Notes under the pieces: model-generated | Told to the model about the DNA's origin: nothing | The model's input: the letters and a program-made list of their open reading frames with translations, nothing else | The model's database searches: none | Assembly: GCA_035761425.1 (NCBI GenBank) | Contig: DASTRD010000275.1 | Span: 804-64,803 of the forward strand | Reading direction: 5' to 3' | Length of the DNA stretch: 64,000 bases | From: Povalibacter sp. | GTDB lineage: Bacteria > Pseudomonadota > Gammaproteobacteria > Steroidobacterales > Steroidobacteraceae | Made by a program: the position numbers and the translations under genes | Shown here: positions 29,901-38,153 of the stretch, piece by piece | Numbering within the stretch: position 1 is the stretch's first letter | Layout: every line of letters starts with the position of its first letter

Positions 29901-30273
29901 GGTAGACGATTCCATCACCGTGCGCCGCGTCACGCAGCGTCTGCTGGAGCGCAACGGCATGAAGGTCATGACGGCGAAAGACGGCGTCGACGCGCTCTCG
30001 ATTCTGCAGGACCATCTGCCGGACGTGATTCTGCTCGACATCGAAATGCCGCGCATGGACGGCTACGAATTCGCCACGCACGTGCGTGCCGACGCACGTC
30101 TGGCCGACATTCCGATCGTGATGATCACTTCGCGCGTGGGTGAAAAACATCGTGCCCGCGCAATCGAAATCGGCGTCAACGACTATCTGGGCAAGCCGTA
30201 TCAGGAGAATCAGCTGCTCGACGCCATCGAACCGCTGGTCGAAGCACGGCGCCGGCACCGGAGGATGGCATGA
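23947..30273 (+). CDS. chpA: ChpA/PilL hybrid CheA-like histidine kinase (multi-Hpt, HATPase, CheW, receiver)
   Basis: 2108 aa. Three canonical Hpt motifs (FHTLKGSGRMVGA, CHTLSGTAKTAGA, LHTLKGGARMAGI) plus degenerate N-terminal Hpt-like repeats. HATPase (DDGRGID, GRGVGMDVV), a CheW domain and a C-terminal receiver (VVDDSITVRR...LLDIEMPRMDGYEF). Confidence 0.9.
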   Translation: MAELSSQTLHIVARELNTELNEARAALELFGDQQDNVMLLRRCGEHLHAVRGALRVSEVYGAALLAEEMGQVVQYLVDNFAEKRHLVEGLDALMRSMVQLPTYLERVLSGGRDMALVLLPLLNDLRAVRGHALLSEGTLLLLNLSSDQQANPVTTAPGEGVMSVAQWARKLRTRFQLGLLGWIKGERVEQNLETLSRAAEKLEQVATTQPVFQLWWVVGAILEAMRDGGLEGSASIKRLLGQADREMRRLYEQGESRYAEAPSLELLNNLLYYVARARTSGPRVAAVRASFRLNELLPVDDQVEQARESLSAPSVKLMKTVAAAIKEDLSRVKDALDIFVRRGGTQVEELAPQLELLKKIGDTLGVLGLGELRDKVQNETTDLQAIVVQQKPVNEGTLLRMASTLIKVEDSLDEQLVGMIVPTGEPQSQAPSKVTGADDVEFRQVTEAVLRECIVNMARIKEAIAQSMDKSREGQGIDQIPALVRGITAGLMMLGKTRAAEIMEGIDRALSQFVRSDGMTLPPEAVDRLADAIVAIEYYMETLQAGRADPWYMLDNAETCLKYLAETQPVPREEAYAGVDHAHTIVIEPLSQTVAAPTEHERTAVLDRAPVTPAPKRPAITAAPVNVVTPPALVKPTDREIDPEFLELFIEEAKDEIARLQKFFPLWDQNPQDSDSLVNIRRSFHTLKGSGRMVGAQLIGEFAWSIENLLNRVINKTLDRTPDMMGMLRTAVAAVPELVEQLETGRAPATDVGAIMAKANALSGMRSSAAPAAAPPAAPILKQPVTPSAAAAPPPAPEPAQKKTIEPMDPALHEIYAKETAGHLAVIRKFIGTCALANPPYQVTEDLYRSCHTLSGTAKTAGARQGIKVADPLNRYIRKLHDNSAGLPGEGLDVLKDSVALIQQVVDHINEDTGFFVNQDSVIQRLHALEHALDQEIARLGETLDVGAEATRAIPVLKEDAMTQPPSEPEDRSSETISTEIDLEEHQATNVFGAGEFPKVTPHNETIEVEVIELPSTDADELKMLDWSYQNFPEDAPAGQDAATNDELLAHDEETQSVGDLARSLDASTSSVEDSASEGILVEESIIEELDASVFADHDIEVADIDELAETNRVPVLGADSEQPLAEQNDVLAQSDALAPQDAGEEIVLDGAASQESIDEPVVLAEEESVEIDYELPSEAMQVQAPADDAETVHSVALTMMPPREEEPATEPAAAAEPAAPESVPMQQAASTVPPPVAAAAPAPVEEEELDEDFDPDVAAIFSEEASELLETAESSLSSWARDRANQSLVFELKRVLHTLKGGARMAGIRAMGDLSHELETLMELVEAGQVPGDQPVFDALQTSLDTLHRMRDTVSQGGRCARPRELISRIRVLSGHEQPAAPAAAVAPQAAAPAVQQPVEAQPAEAAAALEPASPPSAPLDADDDAVEMTASDEFITAADAPAEIEVEFGADELSAAAPAESAAPQNDMAPVEPLATSEPAPEPAPAPALPPGREPQVQERQEFARVDADLLDNLLNNAGEVSIFRSRLEQQMGSIEFNLAELSRTVTRLKEQLRKLELETEAQILHRHQEEHPNRADFDPLELDRYSTIQQLTRAFAEAVSDVGSIEGLLENLTREGQNLLLQQARVVTELQSGLMRTRMVPFQRHVQRLSRLVRQVAADEGKKAELVVAGAAGELDRQVLDRMLPPFEHMLRNSIVHGIESPAERAARGKPEGGTIRVGLHREGAEMIIVLEDDGRGIDVNAVRERARARGLLAEGRVLSDEEAMQLILEPGFSTASSVTQHAGRGVGMDVVVTEIKKLGGALFTESVPGQGVKFTIRLPFTLAITQALIVRTGEELYALPLPSVEGVARVQRSDVEKHLAEETPTFNYGGQLYRFQHLGAFVGGGPSVLPDGDVSVPLILIRAGDHSTAIVPDELVGTREMVVKSVGPQIATIRGISGATIMGDGRIVIILDMGALVRSEWRGRSELMAGPREDRRTFALVVDDSITVRRVTQRLLERNGMKVMTAKDGVDALSILQDHLPDVILLDIEMPRMDGYEFATHVRADARLADIPIVMITSRVGEKHRARAIEIGVNDYLGKPYQENQLLDAIEPLVEARRRHRRMA

Positions 30274-30281
30274 GGAAGGAT

Positions 30282-30348
30282 CGCTGGCCGACCCGCTGGC
30301 CAGAACAAGCAGCTGATTCCTTTCCGACCAGCGAACCAGCGGCCAGCC
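30282..30348. repeat. Inverted array of GCTGGCC / GRCCAG units upstream of chpC
   Basis: Left arm cGCTGGCCgacccGCTGGCCAGaac. Right arm CCGACCAG CGAACCAG CGGCCAG. It shares the 14-nt string ccgctggccagaac with the array at 30842-30997. Confidence 0.65.
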
Positions 30349-30355
30349 AACCCAT

Positions 30356-30829
30356 ATGAACTCCGAACTCGCTCACGAACTGTACAGCCTGCTCATTCCG
30401 CTCGGTGAGGAGCGGTTGATCGTGCCGCGTGCGAACGTGGCTGAAGTGATCACATGGCAGGAGCCGGAGCCCATGGAAGGCACGCCGCCGTGGTATCTGG
30501 GGACGATTACCTGGAATGGCCGGCAGATTCCGGTGATTTCGTTCGAGGCAGCGTGCGGGCAGTCGTATCCACCGCCCGGTACGCGCACGCGAATCGTGGT
30601 GTTCGTGGCGCTCGGCACTCATCTCACCGGTGGATACTTCGGCCTGATCACGCAGGGCTTTCCGCAGCTCGTGCGCGTGAATCCCGATGTCGTGAAGGCA
30701 GACCCGGACCGCAGCTTTTCCGATCATGGACCGGTGCTGTGTCAGGTCCGGATGCTGAATGAGTCGCCGCTGATCCCGGACTTCGACTGTCTGGAGAGGA
30801 TGATCAGCGAAGAGACGCGAGCGGGATAA
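30356..30829 (+). CDS. chpC: CheW-like protein ChpC
   Basis: CheW-domain-like sequence (LLIPLGEERLIVPRANVAEVI...GTITWNGRQIPVISFE...IVVFVA) immediately after chpA. Confidence 0.75.
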   Translation: MNSELAHELYSLLIPLGEERLIVPRANVAEVITWQEPEPMEGTPPWYLGTITWNGRQIPVISFEAACGQSYPPPGTRTRIVVFVALGTHLTGGYFGLITQGFPQLVRVNPDVVKADPDRSFSDHGPVLCQVRMLNESPLIPDFDCLERMISEETRAG

Positions 30830-30841
30830 CAGCGGAAGGGA

Positions 30842-30997
30842 GCTGGTTTGCTGGTCTGCTGGTCCGCTGGCCAGAACGAGAACGTCTCGTGACCCCTGCT
30901 GCCGTCAGTTGGCGCGCCGATCAGCGGCTCCTGTCATCGGTCCAGTTACTCATCAGGCGAACACTCTGACCAGCCGACCAGTCGGCCAGCTGATCAG
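30842..30997. repeat. Inverted array of four tandem octamers per arm (GCTGGTYN x4 ... NNGRYCAG x4) downstream of chpC
   Basis: Left arm 30842-30873: GCTGGTTT GCTGGTCT GCTGGTCC GCTGGCCA. Right arm 30966-30997: CTGACCAG CCGACCAG TCGGCCAG CTGATCAG. The spacer is 92 nt. Confidence 0.75.
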
Positions 30998-31007
30998 TTT
31001 GCCCCTG

Positions 31008-31742
31008 TCACTGCAAATCCCCCCACAGCGCCTGCAACACCGTCAGCGCCACGACGGCTGCTGTCTCTGTTCGGAGCACGCGTGGGCCGAGACGCACCGG
31101 CATGAAGCCCACTTTCTGGGCAGCAGCAATCTCATCATCGTCGAGACCGCCTTCCGGACCGATCAGCAGCTCCACTTTGGATGGCAGGCTGGCGATGCCG
31201 GCCAGCGAGGCGGGCGCCGAGGGGCTGAGCACCAGTCGCATTCCGTCCTTGCGCACATTGGCGAAATAGTCGCGCAGGCTGACGGGCAGGCTCACGGGCG
31301 GAATTTTCGAGCGGCCGCACTGTTCGCACGCGCCGACCACAATGCCGCGCCAGTGCGCCTGCTTCTTCGCCGCCTGGTTCGCGTCCAGCCGCACCACGCT
31401 GCGTGCAGTGAGCACGGGCGATACTGCGGCAGCGCCGAGTTCGGTCGCCTTCTGCAAGGTCCAGTCCATGCGCTCGCTGCGGGAGACGCCTTGAACCAGC
31501 GTGATTCTGATGGGTGACTCGCCAGTACCGGGCGCCTGGCTGTGCAGCGTTACCAAGACCTTGTCGCCGTCGACTTCCACGATCTCGGCCTGATAGTCGC
31601 TGCCGTTGCCGTCGAATACGACCAGCGGTGCGCCGACACGCATGCGCAGCACGCGAGCGACGTGATAGGCCCCTGCCGCAGGCAACGTCACTGTTGCGCC
31701 GTTCGTCAGCGGTCCTTCACAGAAAATCCTGTTGAGCCTCAT
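31008..31742 (-). CDS. rsmE: 16S rRNA (uracil1498-N3)-methyltransferase RsmE
   Basis: RsmE layout with HVARVLRMRVG N-terminus and LLIGPEGGLDDDEI motif. Confidence 0.9.
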   Translation of the reverse strand: MRLNRIFCEGPLTNGATVTLPAAGAYHVARVLRMRVGAPLVVFDGNGSDYQAEIVEVDGDKVLVTLHSQAPGTGESPIRITLVQGVSRSERMDWTLQKATELGAAAVSPVLTARSVVRLDANQAAKKQAHWRGIVVGACEQCGRSKIPPVSLPVSLRDYFANVRKDGMRLVLSPSAPASLAGIASLPSKVELLIGPEGGLDDDEIAAAQKVGFMPVRLGPRVLRTETAAVVALTVLQALWGDLQ

Positions 31743-31864
31743 GGTTCCCTGCGTTGGGTGTCTGGCTGCGAAACGTTGATTGTAATCAAGGCAAGCAAGG
31801 GGCGTGCCTGCGCAGCGACCATATGACGAGGATCAGGTCGGGTCGTTCCGATACGATAGGAGCC

Positions 31865-32455
31865 ATGTCCGCTCCTTCCGACCAGATCGATGTCGAGACC
31901 GGCCTGCTTCCAGGCGCGCGGCAGGTTGCGTCCCCCAACTGCGACGATCGCCCGCCCGGGGTCGAGGCGGACCTGATCGTAGTCCATGGCATCAGTCTGC
32001 CGCCGGACGAGTTCGGCGGGCCGTGGATCGATCGGTTGTTCACCAATACATTGCCGCCGGACGTTCATCCGTATTTCGCGGACATCGCCGATCGCAAGGT
32101 TTCCTCCCATCTGCTCATTCGCCGCGACGGTGAAGTCGTGCAGTACGTGCCGTTCCATCGGCGTGCCTGGCATGCCGGCGCGTCGAGTTATCGCGGCCGC
32201 GAGCGCTGCAACGATTTCTCGATCGGGATCGAGCTCGAAGGGGCCGACACCATTCCGTACGACCCGGCGCAATATCGCGCGCTGTGCGAAGTCATCGTGC
32301 AGCTCTGCGCCGCGTACCCCCCACTGTCGCTCGATCGCATTACCGGTCACAGCGATATTGCGCCGGGACGCAAGACCGATCCGGGTCCGGCATTCGACTG
32401 GGCGCGTCTGCATGCCTTGATCAGTGCGAGCGGACAGCGGACAGTGAAGGAATAG
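31865..32455 (+). CDS. ampD: 1,6-anhydro-N-acetylmuramyl-L-alanine amidase AmpD
   Basis: Amidase_2 motifs (LIVVHGISLP, SSHLLIRRDGEVVQYVPFHRRAWHAG, GHSDIAPGRKTDPGPAFDW). AGGAG lies before the ATG at 31865. Confidence 0.85.
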   Translation: MSAPSDQIDVETGLLPGARQVASPNCDDRPPGVEADLIVVHGISLPPDEFGGPWIDRLFTNTLPPDVHPYFADIADRKVSSHLLIRRDGEVVQYVPFHRRAWHAGASSYRGRERCNDFSIGIELEGADTIPYDPAQYRALCEVIVQLCAAYPPLSLDRITGHSDIAPGRKTDPGPAFDWARLHALISASGQRTVKE

Positions 32456-32464
32456 AGGGTCGGA

Positions 32465-33367
32465 ATGGGCGCACTTGCTCACATGCTCACCATTCGATCA
32501 GTGCGTTGGGCACGACCTCGTCGAGTCTGTTTCTCTATCCGCTCGTTGCTGCTGTTGCTGGGCCTGTTGAGCGCACTGCCAGCCGCAGCCGCGACTCGAA
32601 TCGTCAGCCTCGCACCCAATCTCACCGAACTCGCCTTTACGGCGGGTGCCGGCAAACTCGTGGTGGGCACTGTCGAGTACAGCGACTATCCGCAGGCGGC
32701 GCGCGCCATTCCCCGGATCGGCGATGCCTTTCGCATCGACTACGAGCGTGTGCTCGCGTTGCAACCCGACGTCGTGCTCGCCTGGGAACCGGGCACGCCG
32801 CAGCCGGTGGTCGAGCGACTGAGGTCATTGCAGGTGCGCGTGCAAATCGTTCGTACGCGCAGCCTTGCGGACATTGCTGCCGGTCTGCGGCAGATCGGCG
32901 AGCTGGCCGGCACGCAGGCCGTCGCGGAACGGCAGGCCGCGGACTTCGAGCAGCACATCGAAGGGCTGCGGCAGCAATTTGCACACCGGACCAATCTCAC
33001 TGTGTTTCTGCAGATCAACGATCGACCGCTGTACACCATCAACGGTCAGCAGATCATGAGTGAAGTTATCGCCCTGTGCGGCGGCCGCAATGTGTTCGCG
33101 GATCTCAACGATCTGGCGCCGCAAGTGTCTGTCGAAGCGGTCATAGCCGCCGATCCCGACGTCATTGTCGCGACCGGCGATGCGCGCGCGGAAGGACTCG
33201 ATTTGTGGCGACACCTCACCTACATGCACGCGGTGCGCGACGGCAATCTCTATTCCGTATTGCCCGACGATCTGGCCCGCTCGACGACGCGGCTTGCGGC
33301 GGGCGCGCGCAGCCTGTGTCTCACGCTGGAAACAGCGCGTCAGAAAAGACTTGAGAAAACGCCATAG
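32465..33367 (+). CDS. BtuF-like periplasmic (cobalamin/siderophore-type) substrate-binding protein
   Basis: Signal peptide, then RIVSLAPNLTELAFTAGAG...DYERVLALQPDVVLAW, typical of class III (BtuF/FhuD) binding proteins. Confidence 0.7.
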   Translation: MGALAHMLTIRSVRWARPRRVCFSIRSLLLLLGLLSALPAAAATRIVSLAPNLTELAFTAGAGKLVVGTVEYSDYPQAARAIPRIGDAFRIDYERVLALQPDVVLAWEPGTPQPVVERLRSLQVRVQIVRTRSLADIAAGLRQIGELAGTQAVAERQAADFEQHIEGLRQQFAHRTNLTVFLQINDRPLYTINGQQIMSEVIALCGGRNVFADLNDLAPQVSVEAVIAADPDVIVATGDARAEGLDLWRHLTYMHAVRDGNLYSVLPDDLARSTTRLAAGARSLCLTLETARQKRLEKTP

Positions 33368-33454
33368 CGGCGGCGCCGACAGCGGGCAACGGTCGACAAA
33401 CCGCGAGCCGGCCTTCACCATGCCGCCTCCCTGGAGAGCTTTGCCGGCTGCCGG

Positions 33455-34909
33455 ATGACCCGAACCACAATTGCGCTGATTGCCCTGGCCGCCTGCAGCG
33501 CAGCGCTGCTGTTCATGGCGACGTGGGGTGGACGTCGCACTCACAACGTCGGAGATTTCTTTCTGGCGAGCCGCCGCATGGGTTTGTGGCTGGCAGTCTT
33601 GAGCCATACGGCCAATGCATCTCCGCTCTGGCTGCTGTTCGTGCTGGCGGGTGCCGCGTTCGCGTGGGGACTGGCCGCCATCTGGATGTGGCTCGCCGTC
33701 ATGCTCGGCTATGCAATCAATCTCTTCTGGATTGCTCCGCGCCTGCGGCAACTGTCCGTGCGCCAGCACAGCCTGACGCTCATTCAGGCCCTGAGCATGG
33801 ACGCCGGCGATCGGCTGCAGCCCCTGATCGTGCGTTCCGCCGCCTTGATCGTCTCGATCGCATTGCTGCTGGAAATCTCAGCGGTCCTGTCCGTGGCGAC
33901 TTCTGTGTTCGTCACCGACTTCGGATTCGATGCAACCACGGCGGCGATTCCTGCGATGGCAGTGATCGTTGCTTTCGTGCTGGCCGGTGGTTTCTGGGCT
34001 GCGAGTCTTGCGGATGCGGCGGCACTGTCTGCGGTACTGCTCATCGTGCTGATTGCACCCCTGATGGCGTTGGCGTTTTATGACGGTGCCGATCAGTTGC
34101 GGGCGGGCTTTGCTGCGCTGGGACCGCAGGCGAGCGATTGGTTCGGGGGGCGTTCGGGGATCGTGGCCGTTGCCTTCGTTGCGGGTGTCAGCGCGTTCGG
34201 TTTTGATCTGTTCGGTCAGCCCCATGCGGCGAGTCGCCTGATGGCCGTGCGCGATGAAGCTGCGCTGGCACGGCTGCGCTGGCTGACGTTGCCGTTGATC
34301 GGTTTGTTGCTGGCGCTGGTGCTGCTCAGCGGCTGGAGCGCGAGCCTGCTGTACGGCGGCCTGCAGCAACCTGAGCTGGCACTGATCAGCATGATCGGGC
34401 GCATGCTGCCGCCGATTGTGTCCGCGGTTCTGATTTGCGTGCTGCTGGCTGCGTTGCTGACGTCCATCGGCAATCGACTGCTCGTGCTGGCGGCGTGTCT
34501 GTCCACGGATGTGCGACGTTCGATTTCGATGCTGGCGTTCGCGTGGGCCCGAGTGGTGCTGGTGGTCTACGCAATCGCGGCGTTGTGCCTCTCGCCGTAT
34601 ATGGGATCGGGTGGGCTCGATAACGCACTGTTCGCGTTCACGGCGCTGGGCGCGTCATTTGGCCCGCTGCTCATCGTGCGCATATCGGGCAAGCGTGTCC
34701 GGCCGGGTTCGACCCTGGGTGCGCTGTGGGCTGGCTTCCTGCTGACCGTGCTGTTTCATGTGTTGCCCGATTCTCCAGGTGACTTTCTCGAGCGCGTCAT
34801 GCCATTCGTCGCGGCGCTCGGCATAGCACTGTCCGGCGGCGAGCGGAGGCGCAATCCCGATCGCGCCGATCGCGCGGAACAGACGGTGCACGATCGGGTG
34901 CCGATCTGA
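33455..34909 (+). CDS. Sodium:solute symporter (SSF) family-like transporter
   Basis: About 12-13 hydrophobic segments. The N-terminal GDFFLASRRMG motif resembles the SSF (PutP/PanF) signature. Divergent. Confidence 0.6.
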   Translation: MTRTTIALIALAACSAALLFMATWGGRRTHNVGDFFLASRRMGLWLAVLSHTANASPLWLLFVLAGAAFAWGLAAIWMWLAVMLGYAINLFWIAPRLRQLSVRQHSLTLIQALSMDAGDRLQPLIVRSAALIVSIALLLEISAVLSVATSVFVTDFGFDATTAAIPAMAVIVAFVLAGGFWAASLADAAALSAVLLIVLIAPLMALAFYDGADQLRAGFAALGPQASDWFGGRSGIVAVAFVAGVSAFGFDLFGQPHAASRLMAVRDEAALARLRWLTLPLIGLLLALVLLSGWSASLLYGGLQQPELALISMIGRMLPPIVSAVLICVLLAALLTSIGNRLLVLAACLSTDVRRSISMLAFAWARVVLVVYAIAALCLSPYMGSGGLDNALFAFTALGASFGPLLIVRISGKRVRPGSTLGALWAGFLLTVLFHVLPDSPGDFLERVMPFVAALGIALSGGERRRNPDRADRAEQTVHDRVPI

Positions 34910-34919
34910 TCGGCATGAG

Positions 34920-35381
34920 TTGTCGATGAACAAGTCCGCGTTGAAGGGTCGGGCGTACAGCGCCAGGCGGCGCGGCAAGGTTGCCGCGAAGAGCACAAAG
35001 AAGAAGACCTCGCGAGCTGCGAAGGTGGATGGCGCAGCCGGCGCCGAACTGTCCGGTCGGATTGTTGCCGCGGTCCGACGCATTCCGCGCGGACGCGTCA
35101 GCACGTATGGCGCAGTGGCGGACGTGGCCGGATTGCCGCGCCGTGCGCGACTCGTCGGTACCGTGTTACGCACGACATCGGTACGCGATCTGCCGTGGTT
35201 CCGCGTCATCAACGCCAGCGGACGAATTTCCTTTCCCGCAGGCAGCGATGCGTATCTCCGGCAGCGCCGCAAGCTCGAAGCCGAAGGCATCGTCTTCATC
35301 GGTGGCCGCATCAGTCTCGACGACTACGGCTGGCCGGATCGTGCACAGCAGCTCGATGAGCTGCTGTGGAAACCTCGCTGA
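34920..35381 (+). CDS. MGMT-family alkyltransferase-like (ATL) protein with basic N-terminal extension
   Basis: IPRGRVSTYGAVA...LPWFRVINASGRISF: DNA-binding MGMT fold with the PCHR Cys replaced by Trp (PWFR). The N-terminal ~40 aa are Lys/Arg-rich. Confidence 0.7.
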   Translation: MSMNKSALKGRAYSARRRGKVAAKSTKKKTSRAAKVDGAAGAELSGRIVAAVRRIPRGRVSTYGAVADVAGLPRRARLVGTVLRTTSVRDLPWFRVINASGRISFPAGSDAYLRQRRKLEAEGIVFIGGRISLDDYGWPDRAQQLDELLWKPR

Positions 35382-35459
35382 CGCCTGACGCTGCGTCGGC
35401 TACCGATGGTCGTGCCGCCGCAGTGCGGCCATCATGGCAACGTACCGGAGGAATACGTC

Positions 35460-36134
35460 ATGGCAGCGACGACCGCTTTTCTGTTCGATCTCGATGGCAC
35501 GCTGGTCGACAGCGTCTATCAGCACGTGCTCGCGTGGCACGAGGCGTTGAGTGCGGACGGCATCGAACTGGCGGTGTGGCGCATCCATCGCAAGATCGGC
35601 ATGAGCGGCGGTCTGTTCACCAACATGCTGTTGCGCGAAACGGGGCTGGAGTTGACGTCCGAACGCATCAGCCGGTTGCAGCAGCATCATGCCGAGGCCT
35701 ACCGCAGCCGCAGCGCCCGGATCCAGCCATTGCCGGGTGCGCGCGAGCTGCTGGCATTCCTGAGCGAAGCACGGATTCCATGGGCCATTGCCACCAGCGG
35801 ACGCATGGAAACGGCGGGCCCGGTACTGGCGAACCTCGGCGTCGATGTGCAACGGGTGCCCGTCATTACGCGCGACCTGGTGCGTTATGCCAAGCCTGAT
35901 CCCGATCTGTTTCTGGCGGCTGCGGAGAAACTCGGAGTAGACATCATGCAATGCTTCGTCGTGGGCGACAGCGTCTGGGACATGCTCGCCGCTCAGCGTG
36001 CGCGCGCCCTCGGTGTGGGGCTGCTCTCTGGCGGTTACGGTCTCGACGAACTGGAGCGCTCAGGCGCCTTCCGCGTTTTCGAAGATCCGGCCGATCTGCT
36101 CGGCCATCTCGACGAACTCGGCGCACGGCGTTAG
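35460..36134 (+). CDS. HAD-superfamily hydrolase (phosphoglycolate phosphatase-like)
   Basis: Motif I FLFDLDGTLVDS, motif II ATSG and motif IV VVGDSVWD. GGAGG lies upstream of the ATG at 35460. Confidence 0.8.
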   Translation: MAATTAFLFDLDGTLVDSVYQHVLAWHEALSADGIELAVWRIHRKIGMSGGLFTNMLLRETGLELTSERISRLQQHHAEAYRSRSARIQPLPGARELLAFLSEARIPWAIATSGRMETAGPVLANLGVDVQRVPVITRDLVRYAKPDPDLFLAAAEKLGVDIMQCFVVGDSVWDMLAAQRARALGVGLLSGGYGLDELERSGAFRVFEDPADLLGHLDELGARR

Positions 36135-36277
36135 CCGCTCACTGAAGCGCAATGGGTCTCTTTCCTGCGGTACCCATCCCGGAATCCGATTTCTTCTGCA
36201 AACCGTAACCCGAACCGGCACGAGCCGTCGTTTACAGGGGAAACAGCGCATCTGGAGCGCTGATACGGAGCAGATTC

Positions 36278-38023
36278 ATGAAAACGCCCGTTCGCCAGTC
36301 CTCGATGCTGGTCGTCGCCGCGGTACTGACAGCCTGTGCCGCCCAGCAGCCGGAGCCGCCACGGCCAGTGGAGGAGTCGGCACGCGACCAACACGTCGAT
36401 GCCATCGGACGTCCCGAGGTCGCAGCGGCAGAACCGGATCTCAGTGAAATCGTCGTGACCGGTGGACGCCAGGCGCGCAACGCCGCTTCCGGGCCGCATG
36501 GCACCCTGGGCAAGGCGGCGGTCAGCGCACCCATGGTGGCCTATCGCATGCCGATGCCGATCTATCAGCAACCGGCAAATACCGAACGCTACGAACATCG
36601 CTCCGAGAATCCGGTGCATCGTGCTGCGGAAGAGCCGGTGTCGACATTCTCCATTGACGTCGATACCGGGGCATACGCCAACGTACGTCGCTTCCTCAAC
36701 GACGGTCAGCTGCCGCCGCAGGACGCGGTGCGCGTGGAGGAAATGATCAACTACTTCGACTACCAGTACGCGCCGCCCGCCACGCGTGAAGTGCCTTTCA
36801 AGGTGGCGACCGAGCTTGCGCACGCGCCGTGGAACCAGGACGCGTGGTTGCTGAAAGTGGGCATCAAGGGCTTCGAGGTTTCCGCCAGCGAACGCCCGCC
36901 GGCCAATCTCGTCTTTCTCATCGACGTTTCCGGTTCGATGGAGTCGCCGGACAAGCTGCCCCTGCTCAAGAATGCTTTCCGCCTGCTGACCGATCAGCTC
37001 ACTGCGCGCGATCGCGTCTCCATGGTCGTGTATGCGGGCAACTCCGGCGTCGTACTCCAGCCCACTTCCGGCGATCAGAAACAGAAGATCCGCGACGCCA
37101 TCGACCGGCTCGAAGCGGGCGGCTCGACCAACGGCGGCGAAGGTATCCAGCGCGCCTACCAACTGGCGAAGGCGGCACACATCGACAAGGGCATCAATCG
37201 CGTCGTGCTGGCAACCGACGGGGACTTCAATGTCGGCACCGTGAATTTCGAGGCGCTGGTGGACATGGCCGAGCGCCAGCGCGCCTCCGGGGTGGCGCTG
37301 ACGACACTCGGATTCGGCACCGGCAATTACAACGATCAGTTGCTCGAACGGCTGGCCGATGCGGGCAATGGCAACTACTCGTATGTGGATTCGCTGGCCG
37401 AAGCGCGCAAGGTGCTGGTCAGCGAACTGTCCTCGACGCTGTTCACCATTGCGAAGGATGTGAAGATTCAGGTGGAGTTCAATCCAGCTGAAGTCGCGGA
37501 GTACCGCCTGATCGGTTACGAGAACCGCATGCTGGCGCGCGAGGACTTCAACAACGACAAGGTGGATGCGGGTGACATCGGTGCGGGACATCGCATCACG
37601 GCCCTGTATGAGATCGTGCCCGCCGGAGCCAACGGACGCATCGATCCGCTGCGTTACGCTGCTGCGCAGCCGGCGGCCATCGCGGACAACGGCGAGATCG
37701 CCAATGTGCGGCTGCGCTACAAGCTGCCCGACGGCGATACCAGCCGACTGCTCGAGTATCCGATTGCCAGAAATACCCTCGTGCCAGCCGCGAAGATGTC
37801 GGCGGATCTGCGTTTCGCGGCGAGCGTTGCCGCTTTCGGCCAGGTGCTGCGCGGCGGCAAGTACACCGGCGCCTTCGGCTACGATGAGATCGTCAATCTC
37901 GCCAGCAGCGCACTCGGCAGGGACGCTGACGGGTACCGACGCGAGTTCGTGTCGCTGGTACGCACGGCGCAGGCACTCACGCCAGGCGACGGTGCGGCTC
38001 AGGTGGGTCAGATTGCGCGATGA
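36278..38023 (+). CDS. vWA-domain lipoprotein (YfbK-like)
   Basis: Lipobox LTAC, vWF-A MIDAS LVFLIDVSGSM, and a C-terminal region typical of YfbK-type proteins. Confidence 0.8.
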   Translation: MKTPVRQSSMLVVAAVLTACAAQQPEPPRPVEESARDQHVDAIGRPEVAAAEPDLSEIVVTGGRQARNAASGPHGTLGKAAVSAPMVAYRMPMPIYQQPANTERYEHRSENPVHRAAEEPVSTFSIDVDTGAYANVRRFLNDGQLPPQDAVRVEEMINYFDYQYAPPATREVPFKVATELAHAPWNQDAWLLKVGIKGFEVSASERPPANLVFLIDVSGSMESPDKLPLLKNAFRLLTDQLTARDRVSMVVYAGNSGVVLQPTSGDQKQKIRDAIDRLEAGGSTNGGEGIQRAYQLAKAAHIDKGINRVVLATDGDFNVGTVNFEALVDMAERQRASGVALTTLGFGTGNYNDQLLERLADAGNGNYSYVDSLAEARKVLVSELSSTLFTIAKDVKIQVEFNPAEVAEYRLIGYENRMLAREDFNNDKVDAGDIGAGHRITALYEIVPAGANGRIDPLRYAAAQPAAIADNGEIANVRLRYKLPDGDTSRLLEYPIARNTLVPAAKMSADLRFAASVAAFGQVLRGGKYTGAFGYDEIVNLASSALGRDADGYRREFVSLVRTAQALTPGDGAAQVGQIAR

Positions 38024-38153
38024 GAGCTCGCAAGCCGCAAAACCGGTCGGTGATATTGCCGACCGGCCTTGCCGGGCAGTACCGCATAACCACCGACCAT
38101 TTTGCGTTACGCTTCGCCGGCGAATTGCTGCAAGAGGATGCTGTGTCGAGCAC

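Noticed and set aside
30282-30997. chpC as a mobile cassette or MITE-bounded insertion, because it is bracketed by related repeats.
   Set aside because: There is no transposase or integrase, no target-site duplication and no shared internal core. chpC is in its expected syntenic position after chpA. The repeats are more likely structural RNA/DNA elements.
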